Below, piece after piece: positions 51,688 to 64,000 of a DNA stretch of 64,000 nt. The notes under the pieces are model-generated. The model ran no database searches and was not told the DNA's origin. It worked only from the letters and a program-made list of their open reading frames with translations. Within the stretch, counting starts at the first letter, position 1, and each line of letters begins with the position of its first letter. The position numbers were made by a program, and so were the translations under genes. The stretch lies in contig CM120640.1 of assembly GCA_051362555.1 (NCBI GenBank), forward strand, positions 24,538,225 to 24,602,224. Reading direction: 5' to 3'. This DNA is from Lingula anatina (lineage: Eukaryota; Animalia; Brachiopoda).

Positions 51688-54600
51688 ATGGCTTGGAAGT
51701 TACTGCTATATCTTGCCCTGCTCTTCCACAGTAGTATAGCACAACCGTGTCCTAGCCGATGCCTGTGCTTCAGGACGACAGTGCGGTGTATGTTTTTACA
51801 CCTAGAAAAGATCCCCCAAGTCCCCCCGGAGACAACGATACTGTAAGTATGCCAGGCCACTTGTTAAAGCACGGGTCGGCAAGTTAAAACCACTCTTCTT
51901 GATAAAAGTTTCCGTGCTTACTGTATAACGTGCTTCTATTGAAATGTATATTGCCAGTACACAATGAAAATCATTCAGTGTGAAAAGAAAATTGAATTTC
52001 TAAAGTGATTTGACTTTCAAGACAGTTTTAATAGGTTCCCCATCAGTGAGGTAGGAAGTCGTGTGGGAGACTGCAGCAAAGCAGTGTAATCCCTGAAAGG
52101 CTTGGTGTCTGATGCCATACGTTTACCCAGACTTTATATCAACTATAGTGATCAATGGGTGTCTGTTTTTTAACATCTTTTTTCATAATGCACGCTTTTG
52201 TTATCAGTGTTATAGTTGACTTCTGCCTCGAGGAAAGTCAGCTCAGTGAGCAGACAGGCAGTAACGCAGGCCCCTTTGACAAGTAGTCAAATTACCTCAT
52301 TTTAACAACATAAATTGAACTGTACATTCAGGTATTCTGATCACCTTCTCCAATATAATTTGTGTGGTTAGCGTCAGGGGGCTGGTCTTAAAATCACTGA
52401 TGTGTAAACGTTTATTCATCTCAAATTTAATGCGTTATCTCAACAGGGGTCTTAAAGTCAACCCCAGACAGACAGAGGGAACACATTTGAATGACATTTT
52501 TTTCACTCTAGGGCGGCAAAGTAGCCTTAAAATTTATTTTTCTCTTGCTATCTGAAGCCCATCTTATTATAAATTATTGGATGTCATCAGATAGCCAGTG
52601 GCTCTTAAAACTCAGAGAAAGGGAGAACCCCTTGCACTTTGAAGATATAGTTACTTTTGGGGAGGGAATTTGAGCTTGTGGTTCAATGCTAAGTAAAATT
52701 GTTTTTATTTGGGATTTTGTGAATAAGCATGAGCTGTGGCATTTCCAGTCCATCAGTTTATAATTAAAATAGCACAAAAGAAGGAAAATAACTTTTATAC
52801 TTTTTATAGCCAATTTATTTGAGAATAATGAAAATGATAACATTAAAATTTTGATGAATGAAGTATTTGATAACAGAACTCTAAAGTGCATTGAAAGGAG
52901 TCTAAAGTATGTCCTCATCTGTGAGTGTTTTAGAAGGAGTCAATGGGGGCTGCCTATGGTATGTCCTCGTCTGTGTTATCAGTGATGACAGAAAGTTGAT
53001 TTTCAGTGTTATTTTTCATCTCAGTGTAGGTCTTTTGTGGTTATCACTAATGAAGATATTAACACGTGTGCTCAAAAAAGAAAAAAAATCATCCAGAGTT
53101 GTTCCAAAGCAGGGTCATGTTTTTTAATCTTGAATCATCAAGGAGATATGCAGCATGCAAGGAAATGCATTCTATTTTAGTCATCAATTAACTGTCAAAC
53201 TCTAGATAGAACTAACTCTCCCGCTACCAAATGCAGATACCAGAACTGGCAATTGGGAAACCTTAATTACCTTGTTTTTTTGGCATACCCAAGGTTTTAG
53301 GTTCTAGTATAGCCTGCAGTAATTTCTATGTTGATGGTGTGATGTTTTAAGTGGGACTTTGTTTGTTGCTGCATGCCAAAGCAATGTTGGTAAGCAGGCC
53401 ATGTAACCAGACAGAGCTGCACTCCTTATCATCAGATGAATTATTGGTTGAACACCTGGCAAAGTTGTGAAGGAGGGGACCAGCTGACATGATGTGAATT
53501 TCAGACTTGCACCCTTGAACTTTTAATTAGCTGTTCAGCATAAGTGGTGTGCTTTACTTGCTTAGAACTAATTTTTTCTTGGTGATCCCCTGTGATTTTC
53601 CCATGTAGCACAGGTCGGTGACTGGAACTATCCTTAGAAACAAGTGTTTTATCACATTGATTAGCTACCTGCCCAAGAAGATTAAGGTGCTTTTCTTGCT
53701 GCCTCCATTCACTTGTGTTATTTTCTATATATATCTGTATCATAATATGCAATACTGGTTTTTCATTTAAAAAATAAGCAATAAATACATTAATTAGATG
53801 TTCAGCATGAATAATGTATTATACGGGGTTCCTTCTCAAGCACATAAGGACATCTGATCTTTATATTTGACTACTTGTTATAAACTTGACCTGACCTAGA
53901 CTTAACCTTTTTTCAAAATTGTTATTATTTTTATCTGTTAATTGCACTTTCATCTAAGTTAGGTCTCTTGAGGTAAAGAAACTGAAAGGCATAAAAAAGA
54001 CCTGTGTACCTCAGTAGGAAGCTGTTGCCTTGCCAAAGTCATGCTGTTCATTCATCTCCGGAGAATAAACTTTACTTAATTGAATAAGAAAGCTATCTTT
54101 CCTGATGCCATTGGGTAATTCACTTCCTAACATTTCTTTATTCAACTTTATTACTATAATTGAAGGATAATTATGTCTGAATACCTGATATGTTCATTGC
54201 TTTTATTGTTATCATTGTGAAATCTATATGTTACGTAGATGAAATCCTAATAGTTTTCTTGCGGATAAGGTCTGAAAGACTTAGACTTGTTGTTTCGCCA
54301 AGACAATATACTTTGTTTCAAGTCTATTCCAAGTGGAAGGTAAACAAATGTTACAGTTCTGTTTCATTATGGTTCAAGAGCCTATGAAATTGATTGAATG
54401 CACTGTTGGTCTCTTTCAGAATGTGGTAATTTAACCCTATTAAAGACTGACCATAGCCAATATTTCAAGTCAACTGCACAGCATAAATGAGTCCTAAGAG
54501 CACTCGGTGGCTCACCCATCAAGTCTCCTTATTGTGGCAATACACAGGACAATTGAGCAGTGTTGCTTTTAAGCCTTAAGTCCTTGTAATCAACTGGACA

Positions 54601-57600
54601 TAGTTGTCTTTTAGTTCTGGTCTCTAATTTTAAAAGCATTTGCTTTAAGAGTCATTTTGCACTTTGTGTGGTCTTAAGAGATGCCCTGTCTCGATTTTCT
54701 ATGAAGCTGCAAGTCTAGTTTTTCAGGCTTTGTTGGTGTGATATCCATTGCTGTCTCTGACCTGCAGATGTACTGACCGATGAAGGAAAGCGGGTGGGGT
54801 TTCAGAAGGGCTAATTGTACCCCCAATTGTTGATAAAACCTGTAAAAATATTGAATTTTCATTATACTTCTCTCTTTTCAGTATGCATTCAAGCTTATAC
54901 TCAATTGAATAAACAGGACAGGGAATAACAATGACACACAAATGCAAAGCGATCAACAAAGAGTTGTTGTTGGGGGAACTTAAGGGTCTGGAAAAATGAT
55001 CCTAAAAGTCTGGCATCTCTGTTACAGAAGAACACACTTGTCTGCCATCAAGAAAACTGTTTCATGTAGACCCTTTCCCTCTTGAATTAAGTAAAAGTTT
55101 CCTGTCTGTAAGCTGTTTGCTTTTCTTTTGCATTGGTTGTACTCCTGGCTTGTTGGGAAATGTTCCTTTGCTTACATAATTCTGTTTAGGCCATAAGCAA
55201 CATCATTCTCTAACTCCATTCACTTCTGCTAGTTTGGACTGCCTTGTGCCGGAGGGGTTTCTTTGGTCCAAAGTGGAAAATGTGCCTTATTTCCAGGCTT
55301 GCCATATAATGTATATACATTACAGGCTAAAGATGTTTTAGATGTTGTTTTTAAAAGGGTATGTTAAAGGTTTAAATGGGTATGAACTAGTATTTTGGTT
55401 CAGTAAAAGTTCTTGCTTTGCAAAATGTTCCAGCCAGTGGGAAATATTTAGAATCTGGCTGTGGCAGTGCTGGTTAATTTAAAACCATAGAATGTTGACA
55501 GCTTCTGTCTGTTGAAACAGGAAAGGAACCAGAAGCATACAACCGTATTTCTCAGAAAATGAATAAAAAGTTTATTTTGTTTGTTTGAATTTGGTGCTTG
55601 TGGCTGTGATGCAGTTGCATCAAATAAGCAAGTCATACAGTGCTAGCCCTTCAGGTTTCAGTGCACTTATATAATAAATGGATGATATCAACTCAGCTAT
55701 GCACTCTAATTTGTTTGAATGTGAAAACAAATGAATTTATTCACTGAGGCATATGACAGTTAAGTCAAATGAAAATATTTGGGCCTGGCATGCCAAAATG
55801 ATTGGTTTCTAGTTGTCAGTGACAGCTGAAATGTGTATTTGTTTCAGCCTTTTTTATGTTACAGATACCAAAATTTCTATGTGGTAAAGAAATAATTAAA
55901 ATTGTTCAGGAGATAAATGACTTTAGCTTGCTAGATTAAACTGGTGTTGACACTTTGTTATTTGTTACTAATTACAGTTTTCCTCCATCCTCTGACATAG
56001 TCTGCCTACTCCCTGGAGCTCTTTCCGTCTCATATTTCTGAATTAATTTCCACTTCTTTCACACTTAAATGGAAAAGTTGAATGTTTAATTTTGAATGAC
56101 AGGACTTGTTAGGATGATCAGGAAGTTACTGTAATTGTTGTATTTCCCAAAACCACTTATAATTTCCTGCAGCAAGACTGAAGTAGGTAAAGGTTCTGTA
56201 TGAAAATATTTTGTGATAAAATGCCTGACTCGCATATACATATTAAACTTGAAATGTAAAATGTCATTTACTTAATGAATTGAGGTTGATTTAGTCCAGA
56301 ATTAACTCTGCACTGAGATTATAAAAAATATAATCTGTTTACTTTAAGGTGAGGTAGCATAAGATATCTCTTGGTGCATAAGGTTTCTCAGTTTCTAATG
56401 TATGTTTTTGTTACAGAAACATCTTGCCATAAACATGGCCTGTTCAATGTATTGATTTATATCTGGTATAAGTCAAGTTAATTAGACATCTTTAGTATTA
56501 ATGTTAAAGTTCATCTGGGAGGAGTGATGACAAGGGCTCATGAATCTTGGGTAGAAATCAGGACAAAGGTGTGTTATCTTTTATTTCTCTCTGCAGTGGA
56601 ATTACAAACAGGAAACATTCTCTTTTCTCCAAATTTGTATTTTCCTGAGTGCATCACAAATCTCTTTTCTTTCCAATTTACACTTGGGTATTCATCCATG
56701 AGTGCGTAAGGGGTGCTGTGAATTTGTTCTTACTTTATTATATAAACTCAAATTGACAAATGCTTTAAGTTGAAAAAATTGTTTAGAAAAGATTTGAAAA
56801 TATTATTTGGTCAAGACTTGTAATGGAATCCAGAGAAAACTGTAAAAAGATAGGGGCGAAGTTTGTAAAAAGTCTCAATGTTTCAAGGCTAATTTTAGAG
56901 TTGAAATGGATCTAGATGTATGTGAACTGTCTGCTCTAGAAGTTTGTTATGGGAAAGCACATCCCAGGGTTTGATTTCAAAATGAAAGATCCCAAAAATT
57001 GATTGTCTGCAGATAAGCAAGCTGTGAAAATTCTTTTCTACAAACATTTTCTACTCAGAGAAAAATCATAGAGTAAGATGAAGCCAAAACAGGAATTTGG
57101 GGGGATAAAATTAAACAGTTATTTTATGTGACATTTGCATTTCCCAGAACATTTAAACAATGGTTATAATACACTCAATTCTGATGCTTTACATTGGCAA
57201 AGATGAGTAGATTTCAGATAAATAAAGACATGAATCTCAAGACTCACTAATAATTATTGCAAATGGTTTGTTGGGGAAGGATGTTGAACTCTTTGAAGTT
57301 TGGTCCCTACCAAAACCATAAACATAGCCGACAATATGAAGCAAAAGCTTGGTTAATTAAATAAGACATGCCGATTAAGCATGTATGTTTTGTCAAGTAC
57401 ATGCTAATTACGTAGATCAAAACAGTGGTTAAGGTGGGCGTGTGTGATTGGCAGGTTCTGGAAAATACAGACTTTGATATTTCAGGAAAAAAATAACCTT
57501 TCAGCACTTGTATCTGTGTTTCATTAAAGGGAAAGGTTCATTTGTCACAACCAAAACCCGCCCCAAGAGAGTAAATGTAATTTTAATGGATTGACATGCT

Positions 57601-60600
57601 AGGTTCGAGCAAAAAAATATTATTACCACAATACATTTACAGAGTGCAAGTCTGTACATGTCCTTAATAAGTCAGTAACATTTTACACAATCATTCTCAT
57701 TTCTCTTATTCTTTGGGAACAATCTCACAGTTGATTTCATATATAGTGTCTTCTCTATATAGAGGTGAGAGTAGCTATCTGGCTGGGTATATATTAGTTG
57801 GTCAACTGTGTGCCAGTGGGGCCCTGCCTGTGCAGAGACAAGTCACCTTACAGTATTAGTGTCTGGATTAGCCTGCAGCAGCACTTCACACACTCACAGG
57901 GTCAAGAGGTGGCAGAAAAAATCTAAAGGATCTTCTTCCCTGTCTTTGAAGTGGAAAAAACACAACAAAAGCCGAGATGTGTTTTAGTTACACAAGGATC
58001 ACGTTTTGAAAAGACTGATTTGGCCATCAAAGTTTTTTGTCCCTTTGTTATTTACCCTGCTTGTTAGATGGTAATCCAGTGTAACTTATACCAGAAAAAG
58101 GGAAGCTTTTTTAATGGGTTCAAACCTGAGGAGAGCTCAGATGCACTGTGCTCAGTGTGGGTTAATAACTGTGTAATTCATATACAGGTACCATGTTTTT
58201 TTGGGGAGAAAAAGCTGTATGATATTATGATGTAAGCTTTATTGCAAAACGAAACCACCACTGAAGTGGTGATTAAGTACATTTATAACTATCTACACTA
58301 TATCCTATATATAATCTATACTCATAATGCAGTCAGGGATTCAGTCCCAATCTTGAAACATGTATGTACATATTTGCTGATGCTTAAGATAATTGGTTTT
58401 ACCTAAATGGTTGACAATAGAGGATGATGGGTAGATAAAGTTTTTTTATAGTTGGCAAATTTCTTTTGCCTATAGTGTCCAAAAAGATTTGGTAGTTATG
58501 GATGCATTTCAAAGCTAGTGCTAACTCAATGGCATGTATTTGACTCACCTTTTGATAACTCGTTTTTAAGTTTTCTTATCACAGGAAGAGCATTGTCTGT
58601 AACCCAACCACAAGCAGCAAACTAGAGGTACTTTGTAATTGTCCTCCAAACCACTACCCCCATCATGAACCTTTTAACACTACATACCACTTACAAAGTT
58701 AAAGGTATCATATCTGAAAATTTTGCCACAAAAATCTTTGGCTTAAGGTTCGAATTGGGAAAGACTAGTAGCTTTGCAATTCATGTAGAAATAGAAAATG
58801 ACTTTGGCACATTATAACATTTTCAAACGCAGATAGTATAACTTTAAAGCTCAAGGCATCCAAATTATACTTTCCAGTAATTTTAAGGCCCCCTCCCCTA
58901 ACTAGGCAAATTTCAGGGTCCAGTTGTCACAGTTTTTGGCAGATTTTACTTAAAAAGTGTAAGTGAGTTGGACACCATGAGAAGTGGTTGTTATTATGTT
59001 TTTGACCAAATATAAACACTCAGAATCTTGGTCAACATATTTCATGCTGTTAGGATGTGGCTATCAAAGGACAAAGTTATTGCAGGCAATGGGGCAGTGT
59101 TTAGTTCTGTTTAGATATTTAGTTAAATCTTCACAGGAAATAGTTTGTAATAATTTGGTCTCTGTACTTGTTTGTACAATAAATTTCTGTTGAACACCAA
59201 GGCATCTGCTCCAAATTTTCCATATTCCACAAAATAACAGTTGTTTTCATGTATGTATACTGGTTCCAGTTTCGGCATGTTACAGTGAAATTCTTCCTGG
59301 AAAGTTAGCAATTAAGGTCATTTTGTGTCCCCAACACAGGGTGTCACAGGGTCTAAATCTTAGTAAAAATGAAATTAGTCTTGTGTTAGAAAGTGCTAAC
59401 AGGAATGTGTGGCCAATTTACTAGTGGGTAGTCAAGGTGCTTATGTTGTGGTTCACAAATGTGTCTACTCCTAATGTGATTTCCTAACCAAATAGATCAA
59501 ATTCATGGGCAAAGTGCCTCACATACCAGTAAACAGAACAAAGAATATGGTCACGTTTTAAGCGTATCCCCTGTGTGTACTCCTCAGAGACGCTGGCACA
59601 CTATAAAAGAATGGAAAAGATTTTAGACGTCAGTGGGGCATAAAGTTCCTACCACTTCAGTTATTTGCCTCTCTGTTTAGGCTGTATTTGTCCCACTTCC
59701 TAGATGTTTTAGAACACAGATGTTTAGACCAAACACAGACAGTGCTGGGAATAATTAAAGGGGGGCTGGCTGGCTGGTTGGCTGGACTATTACTTTTTAA
59801 CAATGCCAACCATTGAAGAATTAAGTTGAATATTTTCTCTTCAGTTTTGATTCTTTTTGTGAAACTTTTTTTTGTATTATATCAAAAGGGGAAGGGTTTT
59901 GAATACTTGCCAAAATATATCTAAAATTTAAAATGGATTTTCAAACCATTCTGCTCAGCTTTCCAGTTGTGCAATATTATCTTGGGGTGTGGGATTTATT
60001 GTGATATATGGTAGGAGACATTGAAAGGAGTTCGCAATAATGTCAACTCCTCTGTGTTCTTTGTAACAATGTAAAGTATAAACTGTAATCTGGCAGAATA
60101 GAAAAATTTTATTTTTTAAAACTTAAGTAGGGATTACAAATGGAAAAACTTATTTTACTGTTAGAGGTTCACTGCAGACACTGTAACTATATATAGATAA
60201 AAAGAGTCCAAATATTCAGATGATTGACAGCATTAAACTTCTATTGATGTGGATCCTCGTGTTTGTCAGACAAAACACTGTACAAAATCTGATTTTTTCA
60301 AGGTCCACATTAAGCAAAAAGTCTTGGGAGTGTTTTCAGAGATTTTGTAATATTGTGTACCATTTTTTTAATTTTATTTAATAGAAGGCGGTTCTTCCAG
60401 ATTTGATTTGGAATTTAATTGTACAGCTTGCAGTATATATACACTTTTTGAACTTCATAAGATTGATGTTTGTATTGGAAAGAAGTCACCTCTTGTTCCA
60501 GGGTAGAATAATATTTGTGTGTTTTTGGTGGTCTCAGGTCAGAGCGCAAATAGTTATTTCATATCTAGAAAAAACATGCCACATTTGTTCTTGCTGGATT

Positions 60601-62841
60601 ACAACTGCTATTTAAATAAGATTTAAACAACTTCTTTTTGAGGGTCGTGTATTGAAAACAAGTGAATCATCACCTTGTAAATGTCAGCTGGAGATGTATA
60701 ATTCAGTGCAATGATGCTATCTGCATATTTTTATTGGGTCCTAAATTCTGTTGACAACTTTGAAAAGGTTTCTCACCACAAATGATTGACTTAAATTTTA
60801 CAGATGCTAACCCTAATAAGGTAACATGATTCAATAAAACTTATATCAAAATGCCTGAAAATGACCTTCTTAGAAGGCTATTCAAACACAAATTTTATGT
60901 ACCCAAGTTTGCTCATAATAGTGTACAACAATACCAGTTAATTCGGGTTAATCTCGATTGATGTCATTGTAATAATCAGAGTCTCAGGTGAGGCTAAAAG
61001 GTTGCTAAGCTGGGTTGCTTTGAGTTCACTGCCATTTATATTTACACAGTATTTATAAAGGATTTTTATAAGAGTGGTCTTGTCAGAGGGAAATGTCCAC
61101 TTCATGGTAGATTTTTGTGTGCATAAACCAGGCTTTCAGTGTGAAGGTTCAGGGCAGACATGTGGGTTTTTCTCTTGAATTAGCTTTGTCAGGAGGATTA
61201 TTTTTTACAAAAATGTACACATTAAATATCAATGAAAAAGAACTGGATTTTTTTTTTGTCTTTTAGCAATTTTATACTGTATTTGATTGAAAGGGTAACA
61301 CATATGTACGTTTGGTTGTTCCACTGTTTTTTTTTTCTCTTAATTAACATATCTGTCTTTAGTTTTTCTACCAGTTTACTTCAAGAGAGTTCAAAGTGAC
61401 ATGTTTACAATATACAATTCTGTTGCATGGGTTATGAAAAGAGAAAAAGTTTTATAGATTTGAGTGGTAATTTTGAGTTTTGAGATATAAGAACAAAAAG
61501 TTTTTTTTTCTGACTGTGGTTAGACTTTCATACATGATGCTGGATATCTTGCAATATATTATACCTGACATGGGCATGATTGCAGAAAATGACACGATAT
61601 AGGAATATTTTATGTGGAACATGCTGATAGAACATGACAGCTACTTTTATCAGTTGTACTTTATTATCACCAAGTTTGCACGACACCATGTATGTTTTCA
61701 ATTTCAGGTTGTACTTAGTAGGTTTCATAGGCATCTGTCTTGGCCACCACATAACAGCCCATAGTGTTACCTGTGGTCATTTTGTCCCTCTGACTGTAAA
61801 CTGTGCACCAGGGCCACATCTGCTTGTCTGTTGTTAAATCACATTAGATCTGTAGAAATTGTTCTTATCCATATCAGTAGAGATTATAATGTTGCTCCAT
61901 AGAGTGCACACTCAGGCAAGTGATAGTGTTGTTGGTAACCTCAGGAGGTCTGTCAAGTATATTATTCAATACAGAATAGACTTTTCAAGTGTTTATAGGA
62001 ATCTTGTTCGATTATGGCATTTATTACTATAGACTTAAATAAGTGGGGTAAAAGTAAGTACACAGTGACTTTGTGGACTAGCTAAGGACAAGTCTGGCAC
62101 TGAGTTAGAAAATATTTCTTGTTCATTTATTCTTACAAGGTGGTAATAGCATTTTGGTGCGGCACTGTGACCTAAATGATCTGATTTGAAATTCTTTGTT
62201 CTTGTAATGGAGAAGCTGATGCCAGATTAACCTGCCATGACCTGACGTTATTTCTGTGATTTCACTCAGCGCTTGGGGTGGGCAACCCTGAAATCTGGAC
62301 AAAAAAAGTTGATTTACTCATAGCAACAGCTGTAACCCATTGTGTTTTAAATTGTGAATATTCTCTGACAGGCTTCTGTTTTGAATTATTTCAAAGCAAA
62401 TATATAGATCCTTTGTATTCAAAATAATAATATATTGAGTATGTTTTTAATGCTATTTTCTTTTTTTAATTTCCAGAGATCTTAGGTTTAACAAGATAGA
62501 ACACATTCCACCCAATTCTTTCACAGGTCTGACACACCTTAATACACTGTAAGTTAGATGCAGTTTACTTATACTGTAAATCTGTTCACAATATGATGTA
62601 ATACATCTCCAAAATTTTGTTTTATTTATCTCCTTCCATCAGATTGTAGATATCTTTTGCTTGTTCATTTTTAAAGTGCTTTATATTTTTGTAATTTATT
62701 CAACATATTAAATTCAGAATGTTTTTTATCTTCTAATAGATTTTGATTTTCAAAAACCTTGTACTTCAGACTTGTAAACAATAACCACATCAAAACTTTA
62801 GAAGATGGAGCATTTGAAGGAATTGCTGAACTTCGTTACTT
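51688..62841 (+). CDS. PXDN: Peroxidasin; 3'-partial (signal peptide, LRR-NT, first LRRs)
   Basis: Exon 51688-51842 reads [52 protein letters not shown]. After a 10.6-kb intron come 72-nt LRR exons 62477-62548 ([24 protein letters not shown]) and 62770-62841 ([24 protein letters not shown]). [15 protein letters not shown] and LDLRFN match the peroxidasin N-terminus. The Ig, peroxidase and VWC domains lie beyond the window. Confidence 0.9.
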
Positions 62842-62909
62842 GTAAGTATTAAAATCAAATCTGCTAATGTGAAGGAAGCATCACAGATGTGTTATGATGT
62901 GTGTGATGT

Positions 62910-62953
62910 TTGTGCGTGTATGTGTGTGTGTGTGCCTGCACGTGCGTGTGTGT
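62910..62953 (+). repeat. (TG)n imperfect microsatellite
   Basis: TGTGCGTGTATGTGTGTGTGTGTGCCTGCACGTGCGTGTGTGT in PXDN intron 3. Confidence 0.75.
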
Positions 62954-64000
62954 TGTAAAAGCTATGTTCTCAGCTTGTTAATGTAAACATGCATTTTTTG
63001 GTCATTGAATTCATGTAGTGTGAAACCTGCTCACAATAAGTGTTTTGTTTTCATCTAATCTTATCCAAAAGGACCCAGGTTAAGTATGGCAGTGCTGATA
63101 CATTTAGTCGGCTTTACACGATTTGCTCCAGTTATAATTTGATTACATGTTACATGGTAGGCAAGTTATCAATTGCATTTTCAGTATTAACTTCTTTCAT
63201 GCCCAGCTAGACAACTTTTTAGAGCAATTATAAGTAATCTGTGAATCCAGTTTGAGGCCTGGAATACCCAAATTGTTTGCACAGTGTATAACATGTAGTA
63301 ACAATATCTGCCATGAAAGAAGTAATCTTACCCCTGATTGGGAAGGTTTTCAAATTGCCCTGACAGCCCATGGTGAACATTCCATGCATCATTGATGTTT
63401 TTTGTGGTGAAGTTCTCACTGGTTTTATGTTTAACTTAGACACTTGGGGCAGATTTATAGGTTACTTCACTTTTATTTGTTTAGTTCAAGTTCTTCACAT
63501 TTTTTATATTCAAAGCAACATGGCATACTTACTCGATCTCTGTCCATGGATTTTGTCAGTTGTCAGTCAAGAATTGTTTACACAAAATATTGATATTTGG
63601 CATATTTGGGTTATTTGTACAAGCTACCCAAAAAGTTTCCTTTTTTTCTTTTTCTCTTTAGTATAATATTTGACAAGTAAATGGATTTTAAAGCCTGAAC
63701 AATTGATAAGAGGGAATATTCAGTGTTTGTAGTTTCATTCCACTCTTTGGTGTGCTTCTCAAAATAATATATGGGATTATGTTACAAAGCCACAGTTTAA
63801 TATTCATGAAGATATGTAATATATCATTGACACATTGGAGCTTGGTGGGTTTGATATGCTTGATGATATGACAGGAAAGTTGTGTTACCAGTAGTGAGTA
63901 TATGTGCAAGCAAGATTGAAATGCTGGCAATATTTTAATCTGCCTAGTCGAAATTGAAATTGCCACCTTGCCTAGGCAAGATTGAAATCTGAATCTAGCC

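Noticed and set aside
52000-62400. Nested gene, tRNA or snoRNA in PXDN intron 1
   Set aside because: The short ORFs lack recognisable motifs and I saw no cloverleaf or paired C/D boxes. A covariance-model scan would be needed to exclude these fully.

Overview
AT-rich, intron-rich genomic DNA from an animal, probably an invertebrate bilaterian (lophotrochozoan or non-vertebrate deuterostome; taxon is inference). The ORF track is mostly noise because the exons are short. Splicing exons by hand gives six genes in order: RGS17/19/20-like (+, 5' end outside the window), a pancreatic-lipase-family gene (-), RTEL1 (-, 34 coding exons, about 1218 aa), a four-repeat stathmin (+) head-to-head with RTEL1, HINT3 (-, absent from the ORF track), and the first three exons of peroxidasin (+). 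Highlights: (1) the divergent RTEL1-stathmin pair matches human RTEL1-STMN3, and the neighbours match the human 20q13/8q11/6q paralogous regions; (2) a hidden 102-nt Cys/hydrophobic cassette exon could switch stathmin between STMN1-like and STMN2/3-like forms; (3) two GC-AG introns are required to keep frame; (4) RTEL1 ends in a canonical C3HC4 RING and has one recognisable harmonin-like domain; (5) several MITEs, an over-represented TAGGCCTA palindrome and patchy CpG depletion. No prokaryote-type system (CRISPR, operon) is supported. All coordinates were counted by hand and homology calls come from recalled family sequences, not database searches.
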